DNA of 63,630 nucleotides, counting the filler, from Octopus bimaculoides (lineage: Eukaryota), in NCBI RefSeq assembly GCF_001194135.2. It is 8 parts of 8 records of this genome, joined end to end, with 100 filler letters (N's around TTAATTAATTAA, not from the genome) between each part and the next. Parts side by side here need not be neighbours in the genome. Positions count along the whole stretch, not along the records: positions 46,586 to 57,897 come from NC_069002.1; positions 57,998 to 61,948 come from NC_068989.1; positions 62,049 to 63,630 come from NC_068990.1; 5 more parts are not named here. One strand, given 5' to 3'. The notes under the pieces were generated by a model. It worked only from the letters and a program-made list of their open reading frames with translations, did not search any database and had not been told where the DNA came from. The stretch's first letter is position 1. The number at the start of each line of letters is the position of its first letter. The position numbers were made by a program, and so were the translations under genes. This document shows positions 53,923 through 63,630 of the stretch, in pieces.

Positions 53923-54338
53923 ATAAAATTGTAGTATATTGTCAACTTAATGTGACAATCCCAATAAGGGGATACACTACTGCCGTTTAGCCCTAGGAAG
54001 CTGGACCGCTTCCTGTCGGCCTTGACACAATTACTGTGTCCTTAAGTTTGCGAGGGGGAGACAAGCTCCTCCACCCAGCCTAGCCAGCATTCAGGGACAT
54101 GTTTCTGAATATTTGCTCGTCATCAGCCTGAAGTAGCTTGCCATCTGGTTAAAGAAGCCTGTTTAGCCCTCGCAAACTTATATAATCATAGTGAAGTTTA
54201 TTCACTGATCAGCAAAATTAGAAATATAATATTTCTAAATCTCTCAGAGAGATTTAAGCAGTAGTGGAGCGATAAAGTTGTAGTATATTGTCAACTTAAT
54301 GTGACAATCCCCAATAAGGGGATACACTACTGCCGTTT
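53923..54338 (-). mobile_element. Retrozyme-like element: 349-350-nt unit plus 66-nt terminal redundancy
   Basis: 53923-53988 repeats at 54272-54338; internal hammerhead; numerous perfect stems; no ORF and no evident TSD. Confidence 0.75.
54090..54132 (-). ncRNA. Minimal type I hammerhead ribozyme
   Basis: Minus strand TTCAGG-CTGATGA-cgagcaaatattca-GAAACATGTC-CCTGAA: full catalytic core, 6-bp stem I, palindromic ACATGT helix III and a GUC cleavage triplet (cut between 54096 and 54095). Confidence 0.8.
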
Positions 54339-54534
54339 CAGTGATAAACGAATCATCACGCACTTCGTAAATTCATGGTCCACAGCACAGAAGCACAGAT
54401 ACTGTCACGTATTTCCTCGATTATCTCTACCTTTTCTTGTAGAGAATGCACTCATCTATGTCATTTGTTAGGATCAGCCATGTTCGTATTTTGTCTGTTC
54501 ACTATTCCATATTGAATGGTAAAGATTAAAGGGT

Positions 54535-54648
54535 AAAGACCCCCTTCTGTCATGAATGACCATGGGATTGCACCCAGGAAGTTACCCTCCGAAGAACAAG
54601 TCTGGGCAAGGTTGTATATGGAAGACCAGCAGTTGCCCATGCATACCA
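54535..54648 (-). mobile_element. SINE family D, 3' fragment
   Basis: Matches 33125-33243. Confidence 0.75.
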
Positions 54649-54649
54649 C

Positions 54650-55065
54650 CATGATAGATTATCCATTATGAATTGCTTGAACGGAACCAAACGGTCAACG
54701 CGGAACGCTATGTTCAACAGATGGAACGACTCAACATGGCTATTCAAGCGAAAAGACCTAATTAGCACGACAACACCCACCCTCATATCGCCAATATGAC
54801 CAAGGAAGCCATTCAAACGCATGGCTGGGAAGTGCTGCCACACCCGCCGTACTCTCCTGATTTGGCACCAACGGATTTCCACCTCTTTCGATCTCTTTCA
54901 AATGTTATGCGCGGAGTTTCGTTCAATACTGATGCAGAATTGAGAGCTTGGTTGGATCAATTTTTCGAGTTGAAACCGGGTGATTTCTACCAACGAGGTA
55001 TTGAAAATCTTGTCAAACATTGGGAAGAAGTTGTAAACTACAAGGGTGAATACATTATTGATTAA
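54650..55065 (+). mobile_element. mariner (DD34D) transposase, 3' half, disabled
   Basis: IIHYELLERNQTVNAERYVQQMERL..N*HDN..WEVLPHPPYSPDLAPTDFHLF..EYIID*. There are 34 residues between the HDN aspartate and the final D, plus one in-frame stop and a short deletion. Confidence 0.9.
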
Positions 55066-55324
55066 TTAGTTGTTATTTTTTATTANNNNNNNNNNNNNNN
55101 NNNNNNNNNNNNNNNNNNNNNNNNNNNNNNNNNNNNNNNNNNNNNNNNNNNNNNNNNNNNNNNNNNNNNNNNNNNNNNNNNNNNNNNNNNNNNNNNNNNN
55201 NNNNNNNNNNNNNNNNNNNNNNNNNNNNNNNNNNNNNNNNNNNNNNNNNNNNNNNNNNNNNNNNNNNNNNNNNNNNNNNNNNNNNNNNNNNNNNNNNNNN
55301 NNNNNNNNNNNNATATATATATAT

Positions 55325-55595
55325 TGATGATGATGAGGAGGAGGAGGATGATGATGATGAGGAGGAGGAGGAGGAGGATGACAACGATGATGTTGACGAT
55401 GACGATGGTGTTGACGATGATGTTGATGATGATAATGACGATGATGATGATGATGATGATGATGATAACGATGATGATGATCATCATCATCATTATCGTC
55501 GTCGTCGTTGTCATCATCATCATCACAATGTTGATGATCATGAAGTCGACCATGTCCAGAACGACGACGACGACGACGACGACGACGATGATGAC

Positions 55596-55635
<40 letters not shown>

Positions 55636-55688
55636 GTGATGACGATGATGATGATGATGGTGATGACGATGATGTTGATGATGACGAA

Positions 55689-55723
<35 letters not shown>

Positions 55724-56156
55724 CGGTCGTGATGATAGTAAGGATGATGGCATTGATGATGATGATAATGACGATGTTGATGATGACGATGATGATGACG
55801 ATGACGACGATGATGATGACGATGACGACGATGGCGGCGGTAAAGATGATGGTGATAATATTAATGACGGCGATGATAGGAGCGATCTGTTTCTTATTGC
55901 CATTGTCACTGTTGTTTTAGCTGTTGTTGTTGTTGTTCTTGTTGTTGTTGTTCTTGTTGTTGTTGTTCTTGTTGTTGTTGTTCTTGTTGTTGTTGTTGTT
56001 GTTACGGACTCGGGGCCCATTATTGTAGATAGTGGCTGACGTTACGGTTGATGTTGTCACTGTGATTGTTATTCGTGTTGTTGTTGTTGCTGTTGTTGTT
56101 ATGTTACTATCGCATTTCCTGTTTATTGCTGTCCTTGTTTTTGTTACAGCTTTTCG

Positions 56157-56201
<45 letters not shown>

Positions 56202-56337
56202 TTATGTTATTTTTCTCACTATCTCTATTCCAACATTCTTCTTCTTCTTCTTCTTCTTCTTCTTCAACTTCTTCTTCTTCTTCTTACCTCCTCTCCTCTT
56301 CCGTACACCACTCAATTATTTTTTACCTTACATCTTT

Positions 56338-56373
<36 letters not shown>

Positions 56374-57476
56374 NNNNNNNNNNNNNNNNNNNNNNNNNNN
56401 NNNNNNNNNNNNNNNNNNNNNNNNNNNNNNNNNNNNNNNNNNNNNNNNNNNNNNNNNNNNNNNNNNNNNNNNNNNNNNNNNNNNNNNNNNNNNNNNNNNN
56501 NNNNNNNNNNNNNNNNNNNNNNNNNNNNNNNNNNNNNNNNNNNNNNNNNNNNNNNNNNNNNNNNNNNNNNNNNNNNNNNNNNNNNNNNNNNNNNNNNNNN
56601 NNNNNNNNNNNNNNNNNNNNNNNNNNNNNNNNNNNNNNNNNNNNNNNNNNNNNNNNNNNNNNNNNNNNNNNNNNNNNNNNNNNNNNNNNNNNNNNNNNNN
56701 NNNNNNNNNNNNNNNNNNNNNNNNNNNNNNNNNNNNNNNNNNNNNNNNNNNNNNNNNNNNNNNNNNNNNNNNNNNNNNNNNNNNNNNNNNNNNNNNNNNN
56801 NNNNNNNNNNNNNNNNNNNNNNNNNNNNNNNNNNNNNNNNNNNNNNNNNNNNNNNNNNNNNNNNNNNNNNNNNNNNNNNNNNNNNNNNNNNNNNNNNNNN
56901 NNNNNNNNNNNNNNNNNNNNNNNNNNNNNNNNNNNNNNNNNNNNNNNNNNNNNNNNNNNNNNNNNNNNNNNNNNNNNNNNNNNNNNNNNNNNNNNNNNNN
57001 NNNNNNNNNNNNNNNNNNNNNNNNNNNNNNNNNNNNNNNNNNNNNNNNNNNNNNNNNNNNNNNNNNNNNNNNNNNNNNNNNNNNNNNNNNNNNNNNNNNN
57101 NNNNNNNNNNNNNNNNNNNNNNNNNNNNNNNNNNNNNNNNNNNNNNNNNNNNNNNNNNNNNNNNNNNNNNNNNNNNNNNNNNNNNNNNNNNNNNNNNNNN
57201 NNNNNNNNNNNNNNNNNNNNNNNNNNNNNNNNNNNNNNNNNNNNNNNNNNNNNNNNNNNNNNNNNNNNNNNNNNNNNNNNNNNNNNNNNNNNNNNNNNNC
57301 ACATCTTCGGCTTCCCGCCCCAACAAACACATTTGGCCACTCTTACGACTATAAAAATCACACAACAACAACAACAACAACAACAAAAGAAAGAACAACA
57401 ACACCGCCTCCATTCACCCATTAGCATTAACAAAAACAACGATCAGAAAGGTAACAATAATTTATTCCCTCACACC

Positions 57477-57513
<37 letters not shown>

Positions 57514-57594
57514 TTTGAGGTAGTAGTTAGGAAGTAACAATAACTACGCTTTTTGATAATGTCATAATAATGATGTCGATGTAATAACAACAAC

Positions 57595-57644
<50 letters not shown>

Positions 57645-57661
57645 TAATAATAATAATAATG

Positions 57662-57701
<40 letters not shown>

Positions 57702-57897
57702 TAATAATAATAATGATGATGATGATGATAGTAATAATAATAATAATAATATAAATAATAGCCACAACAGCAACAACAAATGCAATCACCAACAACCATC
57801 CTCCGGCACCAACGTCTTCATAAAGGAATGCAATAATAATAAAGTTAAGTAATATATTTTAATACAAGCAGAAGAAGAAGAAGAAGAAGAAGAAGAA
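55325..57897. repeat. Simple-repeat field ((GAT)n, (TTG)n, (TTC)n, (CA)n, (TAG)n, (AAT)n) around a large gap
   Basis: Direct reading. Confidence 0.95.
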
Positions 57898-58339
57898 NNN
57901 NNNNNNNNNNNNNNNNNNNNNNNNNNNNNNNNNNNNNNNNNTTAATTAATTAANNNNNNNNNNNNNNNNNNNNNNNNNNNNNNNNNNNNNNNNNNNNATA
58001 AAAGAAATTTTATTTAACAAACTGTGACGCTAAAGACCGAGGTTACCGTGGTCTTTTCGTAGGTTTTTCTTTCCACGGATAACCTCCCCATTTATTGGGA
58101 ATTTTTTGTATTATTTCGTATTTTTTTGTAAATACCCCAAACGTTTTGCGATGTTTTTTTTCATCATTGTCCCCACTTTTGTTTTTTTTCTGCTTTGTTT
58201 TCGGCCCCCTCGAAAAGAAAAACTCTACATTTGTATTTTGTCCCCTCTGTGTTGAGCCCTGTGTGGCTAATAAAGAAACCTATCTATCTATCTATCTATC
58301 TATCTACCTATCTATCTATCTATCTATCCGTGCATATGT

Positions 58340-58555
58340 ATGTGTATGTCAATTTTTGTGTGTCTTGTCCAACACTGCCGCTTGACAACCACTATTGGTA
58401 TGTTTAGTTAACCGTACGCTAGCGGTCCGGCAAAAAGTTCTGGTAGAATAAATACCAGCTTTGAGAAAACAGTTGCTGGCATAGATTCGTTCGACTAAAA
58501 TTCTGAAAGAGGCTCACCACTATGGCTGCAGTCTAATAACTGAAAGAAATAAAAC
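58340..58555 (+). mobile_element. SINE family A, 3' part, decayed
   Basis: cgcttgacaacc..gcggtccggcaaaa..tcgttcgactaaaa..tatggctgcagtctaataactgaaa. Confidence 0.65.
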
Positions 58556-58609
58556 ACGCACACATACACACGCACATACACACATATATATTTATATAAA
58601 AACGATAAG

Positions 58610-59288
58610 AGCAAGCATTATGAACCAATTACATCAAATACAGAATAGACAACATAGCAGAAAGTGATAAGTGCTGAGATTGTGGACAAAATGGTGAAGC
58701 CGTATGGTATATTACCAGTCAATGTACGTTACTAGCTCAGAAAGAATATAAGAGACGTCATGACAATATAGCAAATATTGTCCATTGGACACTTTGCAAT
58801 AAGTATGGACTTGACTGAGCAAAAAAGTGGTACAAACATAAACCCGAAGGCGTAATGCAAAGATTCTATGGGATTTTATGATTCATTGCGACCATGAGAT
58901 AGAGAATAGGAAACCAGACATAGTGCTAACTGAGAAAGAAAGCGAACGATGCTGGATCCAAAATATAGCATACCTAGCTGACAACAAGATATGCGATAAG
59001 GAAGAAAGACAAGTCGATAGATATAACAGGCTAGAGTGGGTGGTTGCTGAAAAAGGTGGTAGTAGTACCAATAATTGTTGGAGCCATGGAAAGAGTGAGT
59101 AAAAATTTTGAGAAGTACATGAAGAAATAAGGGCTGCAATAAGGGTGGAGCACTTGCAGAAAACAGCACTGCTTGGAACCGCGAATACTCCGGTTGGTGC
59201 TCGAAAAATAAGGGGTGCTACCTTAGCCCACTAGTAGTGAACAGCTGTCACCATAGTATATTTCCAGCGTTAGTAGCTGTGCAAAGAA
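58610..59288 (+). mobile_element. R4/Dong-type RLE LINE (distinct subfamily), 5'-truncated
   Basis: EQAL*TNYIKYRID..KC*DCG..CTLLAQKEYKRRHDNIA..KILWDFMIHCDHEIENRKPDIV..LQKTALLGTA; (TAA)n tail at ~59289-59335. Confidence 0.85.
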
Positions 59289-59335
<47 letters not shown>

Positions 59336-59449
59336 TACTAGCAATAATAATACGCATAGTGGTGTAGGTAAAGTAAGGGGTGCATAAGTGGATGCAAAAA
59401 CCAGATCTAAAGGTTGAACGTAAAGCGCTGTTTATCTTGATATGAGATC

Positions 59450-59600
59450 ACCTTATCGCGCATATATGGTTGTGATGCATGTGCCTGGTGTACCCTTATC
59501 AGACGGGTAGTCATGATGGGTATATTGGGCTTCGTATATTTTACCCCAGTGTCACTTTGCTGGCATGCACTGCTCTCTCACTCAATAATAATAATAATTC
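59450..59600 (+). mobile_element. Probable SINE/LINE 3' tail ending in (AAT)n
   Basis: Non-coding tail ..gcatgcactgctctctcactcaataataataataat; family not assignable within this window. Confidence 0.3.
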
Positions 59601-60687
59601 TTTCTTTATTGGTCACCAGGGCCGAATACAAAACATAGAGGACGATACACGAACGAGGGACAGTGAAGTTAAACGTGTTTTCTCCCTCGATTAACAATTT
59701 TAACGATTTCTAGGAATAACATTACATACTGCATCAACTAAAGCAACATCCCCACCCCCAACCACACCCAGAACAGCAGATTTCTCGACTTCCCCAGCGG
59801 TGATGCGGCTACCCAAGAAAAACCTGTAGAAGTGTAAGCAGCACTGAGATCGAGAACTATAAAATCCTTCCCTTCAAATGATACTTTATGTTGCCATTAA
59901 AGAAAGAACGACAGGAACAGTTAACCACGACAATATTTTCAACTCAGAATATAAAGGCCCTTAAAGCCTTAATGCTCGATAACCTGTCTGACATTCTATT
60001 CTAATAACACATTTCCATTCATTGCCTAAAATAATAACTTTTTCTTTTCTTTAGTAATCCTAATAATGGAGATTGTTCAGGTTGCTCCAATGAACCATGG
60101 TCAAAGTTCACACCCCAAAACCAGAAATACTTTTTAATTGACAAGAAATCAAAGATGGAGAACAAGGAGACGTCTATGTACAATGTATGCAGCTTTTGGT
60201 CAGATCTTTTCCCTCAGTTAAAAGAACGTCCTTGTCCAGGTAACTTTCCTATGTTTCCTTCAATAAGTTTATCTGTTGACCGTTACCATATATCCGCGGG
60301 CCTATACACATACATGCATCTATCTATAAGTAATGTTCGTAGCCACTTCAAAATGGCTATCCGTTCGATCGAGTGGTAGAAATAGCTCGAAACCAGAACT
60401 CGTCTGTTGGTCCTGTCTCTAGAAGGTGGTAGGGGTTCGCTCTGCTGCTCGCAATTTATCGGATGCAGCTGTTCAACATTAACCAGCTAGAGAAGATGTT
60501 CTCTTGGGGTTAAAAAAATCGCAGGAGAGTCCGGTCGAACGGACAGTCATTTTAAAATGACTACGAATATTACTTGTCAGTACAACTACTACGTTGATCA
60601 CTTAAGATTTTAAACTAGCATTTTAGCTTGTTGTATACACACACACACATACATATGTAGATATTCATCCATCCACCCATACATGCC

Positions 60688-60719
<32 letters not shown>

Positions 60720-61129
60720 TATATATNNNNNNNNNNNNNNNNNNNNNNNNNNNNNNNNNNNNNNNNTATATATGTATGTGTGTGTATAGTTGAATAAGTT
60801 GAAGTCAACAAGAAGGAGTGCAGAAGAACATTTATCTGTAATCAGTACAACGTAGTTCTCTAAATTCGCAGGTATTCGATTATGTAACCGTTTCCCTGCA
60901 TTACGAGAGCTTGTGTTTCATCAGGTGATACATAAATATTGTTTCTGTGGTCCGTTAACCACAACACACTTTGTGATAAAGAGTGGTTACTAATCTCTCG
61001 CATTCCACGACAGACAAAATGATGCGCTCGAATTTGAGTTTACGCAAAGAAAAAACTGTTTTTATCAGGTGAATACAGGTAACAGTTAAACAGTACCACA
61101 TGACTCTAAAGACCCAAATTTGACCCATA

Positions 61130-61500
61130 TATATACATGCAGAATATTTTCAATTATTTCACGGGGATATGCTAAAAGCACAGGCTGTTTGATTTATAGT
61201 CAACTGCCTGTTATCCGTCATGATATGGTGAACATGGTCAATGTTTTCCCTGGTGGTGGCAGGTACAGAACAACCAGACCTTGGGTCATCTTCAAGTCTC
61301 TCCTTTCTTATCCTACGTTCAGGTGCACACCTTTGCACTGTCCATAAAACTGGAGTGCCATCTTCTCCTGTAGCTACAATGTTAGCATAAATGTCGTTGG
61401 GAGATAAACCCTGTTTTTGCAGGTATTTTATAACGTTAAGATCCCAATTTTTGTTCATTTTCAAGAGATGTCGCAACTAGTTACTTTTCAAGTGGTTTTG
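61130..61500 (-). mobile_element. mariner transposase N-terminal HTH fragment
   Basis: VIKYLQKQGLSPNDI..LEDDPRSG..ATTRENIDHVHHIMTDNRQLTINQ resembles mariner paired-like HTH domains. Confidence 0.75.
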
Positions 61501-61702
61501 GACAGTCAGATATCAGTTTACGCGGAAAGAAACAATGTACATATTAATATGTACATTGAAATTAATTCATGTAAGATTTCACAGCTCTTCCATTTCACAG
61601 CTCTTCTATGAACTTTTATGCCCGACTTGAGAACATATTCTTCGTCATAAGACGATTTCACGTCTTCTAGCATATTAGGAATCCACCTTGGTGGCTAATC
61701 CT

Positions 61703-61743
<41 letters not shown>

Positions 61744-61884
61744 CAAAGAATATATATACATGTATACACACATATATGTACATACTTACATCTACATGTG
61801 TATATACATGCATATCAGGGTACAGGACGTTAGAACAATAAACTACAGACAACGGAACGAACACATAGGAAAACGGAAAGCCAC

Positions 61885-61948
61885 TTGGAATATCCCTTCA
61901 TCAGCTGTCTCTATTCTATCTAGACGTTTCGAAGACAAGACAGAACGT
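61885..61948 (-). ncRNA. Hammerhead-like motif set in non-canonical order, next to a gap
   Basis: Minus strand acgtt-ctgtct-tgt-cttc-GAAACGT-ctagatagaatag-agacag-CTGATGA-agggatattcc. Confidence 0.4.
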
Positions 61949-62048
61949 NNNNNNNNNNNNNNNNNNNNNNNNNNNNNNNNNNNNNNNNNNNNTTAATTAA
62001 TTAANNNNNNNNNNNNNNNNNNNNNNNNNNNNNNNNNNNNNNNNNNNN

Positions 62049-62155
62049 ACAGTAAACATAAGAGCACCACAGAAAACCACAGCACATACCCAAGGCGCAC
62101 AGAGCTGCGCTTGGTAGTGAAGTGAAAGCACGTTATAAAAATAAAACTACTGAAC
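62049..62155 (+). mobile_element. R4/Dong-type LINE 3' UTR (same family as 5220-5311)
   Basis: cagtaaacataagagcacc..gagctgcgcttggtagtgaagtgaaagcacg..ctactga, then a (TAA)n tail. Confidence 0.8.
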
Positions 62156-62217
<62 letters not shown>

Positions 62218-62248
62218 CAATAACAACAAAAACAACAACAACAACAAC

Positions 62249-62284
<36 letters not shown>

Positions 62285-62297
62285 AATAATAATAATA

Positions 62298-63477
62298 ATG
62301 CTGCACCCATCCTGAAATGGACGTAAGCGGAGATTAACCAACACGATTGCACTACCCGAAAGATAATGATACTGTATGGTGCGAATGCACACAGGTTCTA
62401 TATGAAGAGAGGTAAAGGTTGACGTGGGCTGATTAGCGTACGGGAGTGCATCAACAGTGAAAGAAGAAACATGGCAGGATATTTGGTAAACAACAAACAA
62501 GGTCTGCTACAGTATGCTGCTAATGCTGAAAGATTTAATAAAAATGAACTTGAGAGTGCTCATGAATTCCGATCAAGAACAGCCAATGAGAGAGAAGAAA
62601 CCCTACTCCGTATGGGATTACATAGTCAGTTTCACCGTGAAACCAACAAATTAAAAGACCGGGAAGCATCATGGAGGTGGCTTAACAAGAGTGACCTACA
62701 AAAGAATATTGAAAGCCTAATCATCGCTGCCCAGGATCAGGCATTGAATAACAACTCAGTGAAAAAGAATATATACCACACAAGTGCAACGGACATCTGC
62801 AGAATGTGTGGGAAGAGGGTCGAAAGTGTGACTCACATTGTTAGTGCTTGTGAAAGTCTTGCGCAGAAAGAGTACAAGCATAGACACGACAAAGTAGCCC
62901 AAAACCTCCACTGGCTACTATGTCGTAAGTATGGATATAAGGTTACGGGTGCTTGGTACTAACATACACTGGAAAAGGTAATGAGCGAAAAGGGGAAGGC
63001 AAAAATACTCTGGGACTTTGATTTCCAGACAGACAAGGTGTTAGAGTACTGAAGGCCGGATATAGTAACCTTTAGGAGGGACAAACAAGAGTGCCTAATA
63101 ATCAAAGTAGCAGTGTCAGGAGATCAACATGTCATCATGAAAGAACGAGAAAAGGTTGATAAATATGGAGACATGAGAATTGAGATCCCTAAGATGTGGC
63201 AGCTACGAGAGTCGAACATAAAGGTTATCCCTATTGGCATCGGAGCATTGGGTTCAATATCACCCAATCTGAAAAAAAAAAGCATCTGAAAACTTTAGAA
63301 ATACCCTGCCATCTAGATGTATTGCAAAAGTCAGCATTACTTGGAACTGCATGCATATTGCGTAAAGTACTGTCTGTCTGAGGCCCTTGTTGTGACTTGA
63401 CAAACAGCACAAAGCACCGGTAGACACAATGTCTTCAATCAACAACCTCGCGATATTGTGCGACGTCTATAAGAGTA
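62298..63477 (+). mobile_element. R4/Dong-type RLE LINE, 5'-truncated: RT thumb, CCHC knuckle and restriction-like endonuclease
   Basis: AAPILKWT..RGLISV..IIAAQDQAL..CRMCGKRVESVTHIVSACESLAQKEYKHRHDKVA..ILWDF..RPDIV..LQKSALLGTACILRKVLSV*; few stops; (TAA)n on both sides. Confidence 0.9.
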
Positions 63478-63483
63478 ATAATC

Positions 63484-63528
<45 letters not shown>

Positions 63529-63531
63529 GTA

Positions 63532-63583
<52 letters not shown>

Positions 63584-63630
63584 GACAGAGCTGAACGCGA
63601 GAAACAGGATCAAAGCGATCAATGCTCTAG

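Noticed and set aside
54796-55065. Functional transposase or SETMAR-like domesticated gene
   Set aside because: There is an upstream in-frame stop and deletion, the N-terminal half is missing, and no SET domain is present.
49639-57799. Long ORFs of poly-Leu/Ser/Tyr/Ile/Met/Asp
   Set aside because: They are translations of trinucleotide microsatellites that lack stops in some frames, with no domain content.
60905-60930. CTGATGAAAC on the minus strand as another hammerhead
   Set aside because: No stem II, helix III or stem I pairing can be drawn.

Overview
AT-rich, gap-ridden, microsatellite-dense eukaryotic scaffold. The C2H2 zinc-finger style, SINE families and repeat content fit an octopus (coleoid cephalopod) genome, which is an inference from sequence character. 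I find no intact protein-coding gene. Two head-to-head C2H2 zinc-finger arrays (~12.8-15.6 kb minus; ~18.0-19.0 kb plus) are pseudogenised, one cut by an internally deleted Ty3/Gypsy LTR element and the other by a pogo-like transposon. The rest is layered mobile DNA: at least five tRNA-derived SINE types, RTE LINE pieces, R4/Dong-type RLE LINE pieces sitting in (TAA)n, Tc1/mariner fragments, Helitrons (one a complete 91-bp mini-element), MITE/foldback hairpins, and a Penelope-like GIY-YIG fragment. The best candidate for an undescribed system is at 53923-54338: a ~349-nt, highly self-complementary unit with a 66-nt terminal redundancy and a minimal type I hammerhead ribozyme on the minus strand (54090-54132). 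This matches the architecture of a non-LTR retrozyme, i.e. a genomic copy of a viroid-like circular RNA. Further hammerhead-like motifs occur at 10252-10293, 61885-61948, 40838-40930 and 42561-42590. Most repeat boundaries were read by eye and are approximate (about +/-20 bp); hairpin, TIR and ribozyme coordinates were counted base by base.
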